NCBI RefSeq assembly: GCF_006345805.1
Contig: NW_021834250.1
Location: forward strand, 1-50,810
DNA from: Octopus sinensis
Taxonomy: Eukaryota
Reading direction: 5' to 3'
DNA length: 50,810 nt
Below, one piece after another: positions 39,307 through 50,810 of this stretch. Under the pieces are notes generated by a model. That model saw nothing but the letters and a program-made list of their open reading frames with translations. It did not search any database and was not told the origin of the DNA. Within the stretch, counting starts at the first letter, position 1, and each line of letters opens with the position of its first letter. Position numbers and translations under genes: made by a program.

Positions 39307-40081
39307 CTGTAAGGGTCCTAACTATAGTCTCACTAGCATGATTTATGATATTCTGAACCCCAGAACGCAGAAATGACCTTGTTTGGTGTCATACAGTACA
39401 GTAAAATCACTGGGACTCAATGACTCCCAGGTTTTGTCACCACATTCATCTAGTAGCAGAACAGTCAGCGGTTTCGCGTGATTACTGTTCATCTAGTTTT
39501 GGTTTCTCCCCAATTACTAATCAAAGTGTCTAAGAAAGTGGCACACATGGTGTACAAGGATTTATCACAATAATACAATAATGTACAGATGTCTCTTTAC
39601 GGTTACTTTATTTGTTATTCCTGCTAGTGTAAGTCTTTTGGCGATCGAAGAATTGTGACGCATGCATAACTAATTTATCGGAAGAGCACAGAAAGTAAAA
39701 ACTTTCGCCCATTATATATCTTACAAGCCATGCAGATGTGGACTTAACAATTATCAAAGAGGTCTTCGACGGAAAGCTACAAGTGCCACTGACAAGTAAA
39801 CTGCAATCATTTCTGAAGATGGAGCAATCAGCACGTATGTTATACTTAGTATACACACGTATATATGTGTGTGTATGCATGTATATATGTGTGTGTATAT
39901 ATATGTGTGTGTATATATATGTGTGTGTATGCATGTATATATGTATATATATGTGTGTGTATGCATGTATATATGTGTGTGTATGCATGTATATATATGT
40001 GTGTGTATGCATGTATATGCATGTATATATTTATGTGCATGTGTGTGCGTGCGTGTGTGTGTGTGTGAGTGTATGTGTGCG

Positions 40082-40114
<33 letters not shown>

Positions 40115-40264
40115 GTGTGTGTGTGCGTGCGTGTATGTGTGTGTGGGTGAGTGTAGCTTTGTTCTACCAAATTTACTCGTAGTGCATTGGTAGAAGGTTA
40201 TTTCCTTAGTTGTCGCACACTGGAACTCTACCCGAAGCAAAAATACCTTCTCAATTACATAGAC

Positions 40265-40507
40265 GACATCTATCATTTATCTTTTACGTGTTTCACTCAT
40301 GATGTTGCAGACATGCTGGAGCACTGCCTTTAACAACATTCAGTCAAATGTTTTGACCCCTGTATCTGTTTCATGTTTCATAACCCTGGTTACTTATTTT
40401 ATCGATAACTCTTTACCGAAACGCTAGGTAAAGGAGATGTAAACATATCAAAACAATGACACAAACACATGGATACACACACACACATATATATACCTCA
40501 CATTCAT

Positions 40508-40547
<40 letters not shown>

Positions 40548-40745
40548 TTATTTATACATATATATATATGTGTGTGTGTGTGAGGGCTTCTTTCAGTTAG
40601 CGTCTACTAACTCCACTCACAAAGCCTTGATCGGCCTCAAAATTATAGTAGAAGTCACTTGCACAAGGTGCCACGTAGTAGGACTGAATGCAGAACGATA
40701 TGATTGAGATGCAAGCTTCTTACTACACAGCCACGAGTGCGCCTA
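40265..40745 (-). mobile_element. SINE family B, full-length diverged copy
   Basis: CATGCTGGAGCACTGCC...microsatellite...CCACTCACAAAGCCTTG...CAAGGTGCCACGTAGTAGGACTGAA...CACACAGCCAC. Confidence 0.8.
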
Positions 40746-41315
40746 GACATGCTATTATATATTGCATAATGCTTTTAACCACTTCTTCCCACACGCATAA
40801 ACACGCAAGTAAAGATTGACTTCTACACAGATCCTGGTAAGCAATTCTTGAGATATTTTATTCATTGAACCACTTCTGTCTAATGGAATTCCCTCCTAGC
40901 CAGTACGTTTCCTATTTGATTCAACCTACGCAAATCCAAGCCGAACGTCGTCTGCATTTACCTCCAAATTAAAAAGTCCTTAACCTCACGATAAAATGTA
41001 TTAAACGCGCGTGTCTATGTCTAAGTACACAATACACATACACACTCAAACGCACACACCCGTGCGCTCGCAAGCACAAACACACATACCCACACATAAT
41101 GTAATATTTTGCATACCTCCGTGGCTACCGTTATTAAATAACGACCTGTGTTAAGAATGAAGAATGCTGACTATTTTTCAACTCGAAAATTATAGAATTC
41201 AGTTCGTATAAGTGAGAAACGGGGTTATGCTTCTGAGTGACATGCCTATAGCACTCATGCATGGAAGTTGGACTCACAAGAAATCTCCAGTGGAACATAA
41301 GATTTATCGTACATA

Positions 41316-41524
41316 TTTCTTTATTACCCACAAGAGGCTAAACATAGAGGGGAGAAACAAGGACAGACAAAGGGATTAAGTCGATTACATCGACACCAGT
41401 ACGTAGCTGCTACTTTAATTATCGACTCCGAAAGGATGAAAGGCAAAGTTGATCTCGGTGATATTCGAACTCAGAACGTAACGGCAGACGAACTACCGCA
41501 AAGCATTTCGCCCGGCGCGCTAAC
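41316..41524 (-). mobile_element. SINE family A, full-length
   Basis: Reverse-complement match to 2173-2407. Confidence 0.9.
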
Positions 41525-42314
41525 GTTTCTGCCAGCTCGCGCCTTATCTAAGAATTATCGTATAACACATATTGGTGCATATTTACGTGCACACATGTGT
41601 TTGTGTGTTTCTGCATGTGTGCATGTGCTTCTGTAGAAAATGGCGCAGCTAAAATCTATTTAATATCACACATACATTAACTATGTTACATTGATACAGT
41701 TTACGTTATAAATGTAAATTTTGTTTTTATTTGTGTGACGTTTGTGCACATCGGCAGATAGATTTTTTCGCTAACTATATATACTTCAGGACAGCGATTA
41801 GAACTAGACTCTAGAGCGATTCGATTATATGACACCGATTAGTTGAAATAACAGTGAAATGTCGATATTTGTTGACAACTCGTTCAGCTAAGGAGCGAGA
41901 AGTTTTACTTGGCCTTAAATTATACTGTGTTTCTCAACGCACAACATCTTTGAAAGGACTTTCCCTGAGCGAAATACCTCAACCAAAAACGCCTTTAGCA
42001 ACACACATACTTAATGCATGCGACGTCGTTTATATATGTTTGCACGTATATGTAAGTAGACAGATATACACGTATAGATATATAAGTTCACGCATACACA
42101 ACTGGACGAAGAAATTCAAATAACAAAACATTACCAACGAAGATATAGAGAAGATACTTTATCAATATTCTAAGTAGACAGGAAAAATCCGAAGGAACGT
42201 GACTACGAAACAAGTTGCTTAAATATACAAGCATGCTAGCGTCTCCGATCATTGAAATGTTTAGCCGAACTTATCGGTCCAGGACCCCTTTTAAGTTTAC
42301 GACATTCGTGTATG

Positions 42315-42353
<39 letters not shown>

Positions 42354-42385
42354 TTTATTTAAAGCAGCAGAAAATTCAACAAAAC

Positions 42386-42423
42386 CAGTTACTCTGAGTT
42401 TCCTGTTGCTGTTCATCGGACAG
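42386..42423 (-). ncRNA. second, more degenerate hammerhead motif (inverted arm)
   Basis: Minus strand reads CTGT-CCGATGA-ACAGCAACAG-GAAA-CTCAGAG-TA-ACTG; stems I and II are weakened. Confidence 0.45.
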
Positions 42424-42450
42424 TTTTTGCTACAATCTAGCAAAAAAAAA

Positions 42451-42488
42451 CTGTCCGATGAACGGCAACGGGAAACTCAGAGTAACAG
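42451..42488 (+). ncRNA. minimal type I hammerhead ribozyme (Penelope-type, palindromic stem III)
   Basis: CTGT-CCGATGA-ACGGCAACGG-GAAA-CTCAGAG-TA-ACAG. Stem I CTGT/ACAG, stem II CG(GCAA)CG, self-complementary stem III ACTC-A-GAGT, predicted cleavage after GUA at 42484. Deviations: U4>C and an A/G mismatch closing stem II. Confidence 0.6.
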
Positions 42489-42603
42489 GTTTTGTTGATT
42501 TTCTGCTGCTTTAAATAAAGCATATTACTCTACCACTGGTATTTGAGTACTCTTTTTTCCACCTTGTTTCACATTTATGTGTTTATTCCGGTATTTATAT
42601 ATA

Positions 42604-42667
<64 letters not shown>

Positions 42668-42674
<7 letters not shown>

Positions 42675-42737
42675 TTATCGCCATACTAATATGGCATTCT
42701 TATAAGAATGCCATATTAGTATGGCGATAACTAATAT
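42668..42737. repeat. perfect 70-bp palindrome without loop
   Basis: ATATTAGTTATCGCCATACTAATATGGCATTCTTA followed directly by TAAGAATGCCATATTAGTATGGCGATAACTAATAT, its exact reverse complement. Non-repetitive sequence continues to about 42797 between (TA)n tracts. Confidence 0.95.
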
Positions 42738-42797
42738 TTTCCGGGAACGCTGCCGTTGTTCTCTTTTAGAGAGACTTAGTAATTTTAATATTTCTAT

Positions 42798-42833
<36 letters not shown>

Positions 42834-42964
42834 ATATATGTGTGTGTGTGTAATATTTTCTAACCTGTTCTAAAATAAGTTTGTTTTAAGTACAGCCATT
42901 TTAGCTGCTGACCTGTCCATTGACTAACTGTCACCTCTACAGTGGACAATATGTCATAACTCAG

Positions 42965-43140
42965 GAAGACGGTGAACTGGCACAGTTCTTAGCACGCAAG
43001 GCAAAAGGCTTAGCGACATTTCGTTCGTCTTTTCTTCCTCAGTTACGCTTCCGCCAAGGTCGACATTCCCTTTCGTCCTGCGTGGTCGATAAAATAAGTA
43101 CCGGTTGAATATTGAGGTCGATGTAATGGACATACACATC
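42965..43140 (+). mobile_element. SINE family A, diverged copy
   Basis: GACGGTGAACTGGCACAG...CCGCCAAGGTCGAC...GTCGATAAAATAAGTACC...GGTCGATGTAAT. Confidence 0.75.
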
Positions 43141-43542
43141 TCCTCAAAAATTTCTGAGCATCTGCCAAATTTTCTAACCAATGTCTTTCAATTCGTGTGT
43201 TGGTGGTTTAATCATGATATTTACATCTTTTCAGTTAAAGTACGCACATACACACACACTCATGTATACCACCCACACAAAATAAGAAAAGCAATGAACT
43301 TCTTATCGATCTACTGTCTAGTTTTATCGGAAAATGAATAACTACCATGTGTAAGAAATACTCCTCGTTTATCTGAAGATAATCTCTTAGAAAACTGAGA
43401 TAATCTGACTGCTTTTACATTTGTTCAGTAGGCACATTCTGTCCTGCCCGTCAGGTCGTATGGTGTAAAAATAAATAATAATAAATCTGAGAACGTTAAG
43501 AAACTACCAACATTTGCCCGAAGTTTAGCTTATTTTATATAT

Positions 43543-43702
43543 ATTTCTTTACTACCCACAAGGGGCTAAACACAGAGGGGACAAACAAGGACAGACAAAC
43601 GGATTAAGTCGATTATATCGACCCCAGTGTGTAACTACTACTTAATTTATCGATCCCGAAAGGATAAAAGGCAAAGTCGACCTCGGCGGAATTTGAACTC
43701 GA
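43543..43702 (-). mobile_element. SINE family A, 5'-truncated
   Basis: Matches from the B box (GAGTTCAAATTCCGCCGAGG) to the 3' tail. Confidence 0.9.
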
Positions 43703-46700
43703 GCTTATTTTATATAAGCTATGCGTAACCTCATTTGTCCCTATTCGTATGTAGGTTCACTCGTCACACTTTCATGTCCGATTTTACTAAGCCTCTTGTT
43801 TAAAGTGTTTCACGTTTCGATCTTAATCTTTTATATTTCTAAATGTAGACCGTTCTAAATCGAATAACTATGCTTAATGTAATTCTTGTTTTATTAGAGG
43901 CTCGAGTCAGTTATGTTTCATTATCAGAGATTTCTTGCAGTTTGTGATCATTAATATTCATTATTAAATGAGATGAGTAAGAGATATTTAGCTTATTTTT
44001 TCATCACTTCTACTTCTACAGCAAAATACCGCAATATAATTGGAAAATTAGTCTTATCATGTGACGTTCGTATTTGGTTATAAGCATATAACTTACAACT
44101 GCGTAAAGGGCGTAGATACATTTCGACCAGGGCTGAAACTACAGCATGTGTTAGCCTGAAACGGTTCTCTACATTGAATTGGGAATATTTCAGTTCCCTG
44201 TTTTAAGCCATTTAAATATACTGGTGTTTCTCATTCTGTGCAGTCAGCCATAGTTAACAAGCACCCTCGCTTTCATTTATTCATCTGAGTGATAAATCAG
44301 CGTAAGCTTTATTGTTGAAATTTAAATGAAAATTTAAAAAAAATGATGATTATGCATTTGCAAATCACCGAAGTATAAAACTTCATCTGTATAATTACCA
44401 ATTATGTTTACGAAATTTTATTTGTATCACTGTTTAGTGGGAAATATTTGAATTTATGGAAACGCATGAACGTCATTAACTCAATGTTTTTCTCTTGTAT
44501 GTTAGAATGTTTATGCCTAAATAAGAAATAAATCTTGAACAACGGGCAGAAAAGAAAACATTAAAATAACATAGTACAGGCGATAAATCACCTAATTCAT
44601 TAGTATAATTATAAATCTATGGAATATAACAAGTAAAAATAAGACAAAAATAAAAATCGACTATGTGGAGGAAATAATAGAACAACAGTATTATTTTATA
44701 GACAAAAGTAATTACACACATTAGTGAAACAAGGAAATGAAGCTTAGATCAAGTGATTAAATATTTCATCGTACAAAATAATTAAATCGTCCATAACTTT
44801 AAGTAATCATAAAGAAATCGATATCTAAACAATCGATAATTGAACAATATACGAGCCAACTAATTAAAATCATAACTACGATATTAGCCACTCGGATGGA
44901 ATTCATTTGTAGCAAACCTATTATGATACTTGGAGTCGCTAAAGATTCAGGGGTAGAGTCTATAGAATATAAATCTAAAACAAAACTGACCATATCTATG
45001 GAACTAAAGGACTGATAAAACAATTACTAAAAGTGTCTAAAAAATTATATGTTCCTAAAACCAGTACTTATTTTCTGTTTATGTAGACGAGGGGGAAATA
45101 TTTTCAACTGCATACCGAATGGGTAGAATTCACGGAATATTTAAAATCGGACATTACAATACCACATTCGGAAACACAGTAAATGCCTATTGCAGGTTAC
45201 CCTTCTGTCTTTAATAATATTTAGCTTAAATCTTAATAGGTACTCTTGGAAAGCTTATAAATTAATATTTAGCATAAATAGTTAAAATTCCTCAGTCAAT
45301 TTTTAATTGTAAATTTCAAAATTACCCTAAGTATTTCATAGTGCTCTTTGTATGTAGTACCTAATGATATACTTTGTTCACATTTATTTAGAATATATTC
45401 ACAGAGTGTATCCAACATAAAACTGTCTGGAAAATCCAAAGCAGCCCAATTTAAATTCACAGAAGAAAATGAAATCAGCTTCCGAAACTATTTATGTTTG
45501 TTTAACTCCAGTACAAGTGTGATTGAGCTGACGAAGGATGAGAAAATGTTAGTTCATGTTCAATTTTGTATCATATTCCGCTAGTTGTGAATTAAGGCAA
45601 AATTGACTGAAGACCGTGACAGGATGAACGACCACGCAGTGTCTCCCTCCTTGGCTGCTCGAAACAAGCTATGGTCGTCGTTTAGTTCCGTATCGATTGT
45701 GATGAAATAGTCCTATGCTCAAAGGCATTCAATCCTGGACCGTTCTAAATATTAATTTACGGTCAAGGTGTACTCTAGAATACATACAATGTGAACCTTC
45801 TTTCACTAAGAAAATAGAGTGTGATTTTAAGGAAGGAAATATGTTACTGCTTTATATCACCAAGTTATATCACCACATGTAGAATGCCTCATTGGTTGGA
45901 AGAACCAACTGATTTGCAAAGATAATTTTAGCGTAAATAATTAAATATCTTGCTCAGAGAGAAACGTGACACAATGTCATTGATGTGAATACAGAATACT
46001 GAGCGGAAACGAAACGCGTTGATGTTGATAAAACAGAATTTTGAGCTGGTTGTCTAAAATTTTACATGCCGGCAGTTTATTCTGTCTATTAATACATTTT
46101 ATAGGAATGCTCGAACTAATATTTCATTTTCAAAATTACAGAATTATGACTATGAGTAAAATATAAATATAATCAACAATTTCATGTAAGAATACTGTGC
46201 TCCGTACTTAGCTATGTATTTATTGGATGTTAACCATATCTGTTCATAATTTGAGTTTTATTAAACTAAATTTCCCTTATATATTAGTCAATGAATAATG
46301 ATTTTATGCCATTTCCCATCTTTTTTACAATACAATGCCGGAAATTATTTTGACCTAGATGGACAATTATAGAAATCAGTGGTGTATTCTTTTCTTTTTT
46401 TATATCAAAAGACATGGTTTATACAGTGGCTCTAGTGAAAAAACTGGATTACCTGTTACGGGCTTAAGGACATTATATAAACGCTTTGTAAAATGAACCA
46501 AAGCTATGATAAGGCGTCACAGAGTGAATCTGTTGGCCTCTTAATGTAGCATGCTAATTTCTTTGTATTTGGCTATTACAGCATAGACTTAAACGCAATA
46601 GATAAATCCAGTTTGAATTACTGTGTATTTTGAAATTTAGTTGATGGATCTAATTTAAATAGGATTCAGGCTACGATACAGTGTCCAAACAGCTTACTCT

Positions 46701-48075
46701 CAGTAGTCATATGAAAATAACACATCTATGTATCTATGGATATAGACTCAATATATTTTGATATTCATATATTTTACCCGAATTATTACGCGAGTCAAAG
46801 CTCTCAACTATAATGTGAAACCGTGACAGAGCCATAATATGTAAGATTATTTCTTTCTCTCGAAAGTTTGCCATAATTTCTACAGGTTTGTCTATGGTAT
46901 TATATTAAAGATAAGACGAAAGAAAGATATTTCTGCTAATTTATATCTTTGCTATGTAATTTAACGACAAGAGAACTAAAAGAGATTCAACTTCGTCTTG
47001 CTATTCAGAACGCTTAAATCTTCCATAGTCGTTTTCATCAGACGATAAAAATATCATTGGCAATGCGAAAAGTAATTAAGACATTATAAAATGAATAATT
47101 CAGAAAAAAAATGAAAATAATCAACAAGTAATCAATATTTTTAACAGATACAAAATACTGACATATGACATTTAATAAATTTATTCTAAAATTTGTCAAA
47201 ACAACTAGAACAGTGTGGCAATTATTATAATTTTACGTGACTGCTGTTAGGAGGACCAAACACCAATAGAGTAATCAATTTTCAGAAAAATAAAAATAAA
47301 AATTTGTGTATGCAAATCTTTCTGGTGGTAGTAAGAAGTAAATTGTTCTAGACAAAGAGATCGGTCAACCGTGGTGCAACAGACGTTTCACCTTCATACA
47401 TTTAAGAGACTACGACTATACAACGTCTCAAAATTCACATTTAGCACAGAATCAGGTCAGACGTTATCGCCACGACTCCCAGATAAAATTCTTTCCGAAT
47501 TTTAAATCCCAAAGTCTATCCATAATCGTTTCTAGTCTCACAAACGTCAATTCCAGTTTTCTTAAACGTAATTATTGTTTCAATTTATTGAGAAATAATT
47601 AATTGACAGGTTTTACATATAGAGGAAATATAGATAAGATTTTACAGTGGAAACACATGTTTGCTTGTTACTTCATGAAATAGAATACGAAACCAAAAAA
47701 ACTACGAAACTTTAGCTGCTTAAATGTATTTCAGACAACCTAAACACATTTCTAGCCAATCTTCGACCAGTAGCAACCAAATTTATTTTAATTAACTTTG
47801 TGCTGTGGGCAACGAAAAGAATATTAAAAAAAAAAGATTTAATGAAACCAAAGTAAACGTGAGAATACAGCATCAGATAATGTTGAAATTGGTACACTGG
47901 TATCCGAAATGGACTGAAATGCCAGTGGTCAATAGGTCGACTCGACTTGTAGCTAAACAGTCACTCATTAACTATGATAGAGATACATAACACAATGGAA
48001 TAGCAATTCTTTGTTCTATATACACACACAGACATACACACACAGACACACACACACACAGACATACACACACAG

Positions 48076-48154
<79 letters not shown>

Positions 48155-48179
48155 TATATATAGATATAGATAAAAATGT

Positions 48180-48486
48180 GGAAGCGCAATGACCCAGTGT
48201 TTAGGGGACCAGACTCGCGGTCGTAGGATCGCGCTTTCGATTCCCAGACCGGGCGTTGTGAGTGTTTATTGAGTGAAAACACCTAAAGCTCCACGAGGGT
48301 CCGGCAGGGGGCGGTGGCAATCCCTGCTGTACTCTTTCGCCACTACGTTCTCTCCATCTTCCTTCTGTTGGCCTGCTCGTTTAGCCAGCGGGGTGGTGTC
48401 ATTTGAAGGCTAAAAACAATGCGAAGTGCATTGTGACCAGCGATGTGTAATAACATCTGATAGCCTGGTCGGTCACGGTGATCACA
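48180..48486 (+). mobile_element. SINE family C head and body with a different 3' tail
   Basis: The first 170 nt or so match family C; the tail is instead GCCAGCGGGGTGGTGTCATTTGAAGGC...GATAGCCTGGTCGGTCACGGTGATCAC. Confidence 0.85.
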
Positions 48487-48934
48487 GGGATATATATATA
48501 TGAGGCGTAAGTTGTACAAGGTGGGACGAAAAACCGCAATTAATGGTGTCGAGTTTGTGAACTTAATCAGATGGTAATAAAATTCCCCATTAATTCATAT
48601 ATTAGCATTTATTATTTTTCATCTACCACGTGATGGTCACCATAAGTCTTTAAAATATTTATCAAGAATATTGGCAGTAATTGTTTTTGTTGTACGCTCT
48701 TGATAACTAAAATTAAGTGTCCACGAAAGCCTTAACAATGGAGGGCGAGACGATGAATTGAATTAATCTCATTCTCTACAATGAAGCTTTAGAATAAATG
48801 ACAGTAAAGTCATCTACGTTGTATCTCGCATCATCTGAACGTTGCACACTCACGTACAAAGACACATAGGGCGAAGTTGTATGTATCTGTGTCTATAGGC
48901 TTGTGTAAATGCTTGTATTAACGGTACGGGGTTA

Positions 48935-49101
48935 TGTGTGTGTGCATGCATGTATGAATGTATCTATTATGTATCTGTATATATATAATATATATATATA
49001 TCTATATATATATATATATTTCATATACATATATATATAGATATATATATTATTACAAATATATATATATACATTTATATATGTTATATATATATAATTT
49101 G

Positions 49102-49153
<52 letters not shown>

Positions 49154-49154
49154 G

Positions 49155-49190
<36 letters not shown>

Positions 49191-49215
49191 TATATATATA
49201 TATATATATCTATAT

Positions 49216-49249
<34 letters not shown>

Positions 49250-49473
49250 CATATATATTATTACATATATATATATATATACATATATACATACATATAT
49301 ATACATATATATATACATATATAGTGCATACATATATATATATATGTGTGTGCGTGTGTGTGTATATATGCATATACATATATGTATACCTATGTATATA
49401 TATGCATATATACATGTATGTATATATGCATATATATACATATATATATACATATATATACATATATATATAC

Positions 49474-49538
<65 letters not shown>

Positions 49539-49550
49539 CTTAATTACATA
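48935..49550. repeat. very long degenerate (TA)n/(TACA)n tract
   Basis: Read directly from the sequence. Confidence 0.97.
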
Positions 49551-49691
49551 TAAGTAATAAACGTGCATGTAAATATAAGTGTGCGGGGGTGTTGCTAGTG
49601 TGTACATATGTATGTACTTGCTACGTTCATACGGACGGATGTGCTTGTTTGAACTTACTTATATATGAGTATATATATATATATATATATA

Positions 49692-49745
<54 letters not shown>

Positions 49746-50662
49746 AATCATTTATCTACCAGAAATGACGCGTATACATAAATTCATAATGGTTGTTTCA
49801 TCGGAGCTATTGTTTCTTTTTTCAAGCAATATTTGCTCTAAGACACAAGAATACAAATTTAATTACCTAAAGACAAAGAAAATAGACAAAAAAGAAGAAA
49901 TAAATAAAAAAAAATATGATGGTGGAAAAATTGCGATTTCTTTTTCTTTTTCTAAGCTAATAACATAATTTTTTAATATTGTTTTTGTATTCTCTTCTCT
50001 AACAATTTCTTGTCTTGTTTGATTTTTACCCCTTATCTGATTACTTTTGATCTTTTAAAATAATCAAATTTTATTTTATTTATATTATATTACTTGTTTT
50101 TTTCTTTTTTTAAAATTCTAAGTGAATAAATTCCATTTGGATATTCTTATTAAGTAAACAAATTTTCATAACTCTGAAGTAATTAGGTTTTTTTAGTCTT
50201 TTTCTAAACACTGCCTTAGTGACACAAACTGAAATATTCTTTGATACGTTTTAGCATGAATTAGCACTTTATTTTCTATTTTGCTCTTCATAAAACTAGA
50301 AAAGAAACAAAAATAATAACAACACCCGAACATTTACTATTCCAATTTAATGGGTATCGCTTATTTATTTATCTTTTATTTTCATTTTTTTTTATCTCTC
50401 ACTCATTAAGATATTCACCGTCAAAATTCAATCGATAGAAAGTAATTTTGGATGCCATGACTACTACAGCTTTATGCGAATTTTTTCTTTCTGTTTTCTC
50501 TTTAATATTTCTTTTTCTTCTTACTTTCTCTTTCGCTCTTCACTGTTAATAAAATGCCGTAATTGTATGGAAGAGAATATGTGTCTGTGTGTATTTATAT
50601 AGTTATATACATACAAGCATATATATATAAATGTGCATATATACATGTGTATACACATGGTA

Positions 50663-50703
<41 letters not shown>

Positions 50704-50810
50704 TATATATGTGTGTGTGTGTGTGCTATTAAATTCATAATATATAAATTGAAGTATGCACACACACACACACACATGTACCTGTGTACATGTTAATTAT
50801 ATGATTGTGC

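Larger units (their letters stand above)
42351..42595 (+). mobile_element. non-autonomous Penelope-like LTR fragment with inverted partial copy (about 85-bp arms)
   Basis: 42351-42432 is a near-perfect reverse complement of 42438-42522 around a 5-nt CAATC loop. Both arms carry a hammerhead motif. The forward copy continues to about 42595, and the unit is flanked by (TA)n. Confidence 0.65.

Noticed and set aside
42703-42797. Hammerhead in the long arm of the 70-bp palindrome (minus strand GAAC..GTTC stem followed by GGAAA)
   Set aside because: No CUGANGA core and no adjacent stem I pairing.
45608-45670. CTGAAGA...CGAAAC hammerhead-like spacing
   Set aside because: Stem II closing bases do not pair and there is no stem I.

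Overview
AT-rich, microsatellite-dense eukaryotic genomic DNA that is intergenic or large-intron in character. The SINE, mariner, Helitron and R4/Dong repertoire resembles what I recall from octopod cephalopod (Octopus) genomes; that assignment is inference, not a database hit. No intact host gene is recognisable, and most ORF-track entries are translations of (TA)n/(CA)n/(TAA)n tracts. Supported content: more than 20 copies of three tRNA-derived SINE families, a dead mariner with TIRs, further mariner pieces and MITEs, two Helitron-type non-autonomous elements, three R4/Dong endonuclease fragments, and an intron-retaining tRNA-Leu(CAA) pseudogene. The most interesting signal is a set of small head-to-head inverted elements carrying Penelope-type minimal hammerhead ribozyme motifs. 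One of these (about 17.7-18.2 kb) has a tRNA-derived Pol III head and a 10-bp flanking direct repeat, making it a candidate SINE mobilised by Penelope-like retroelements. A perfect 70-bp palindrome, a perfect 74-bp inverted templated insertion and several unverified candidate exons are also reported. Repeat boundaries are approximate unless exact junctions are quoted.
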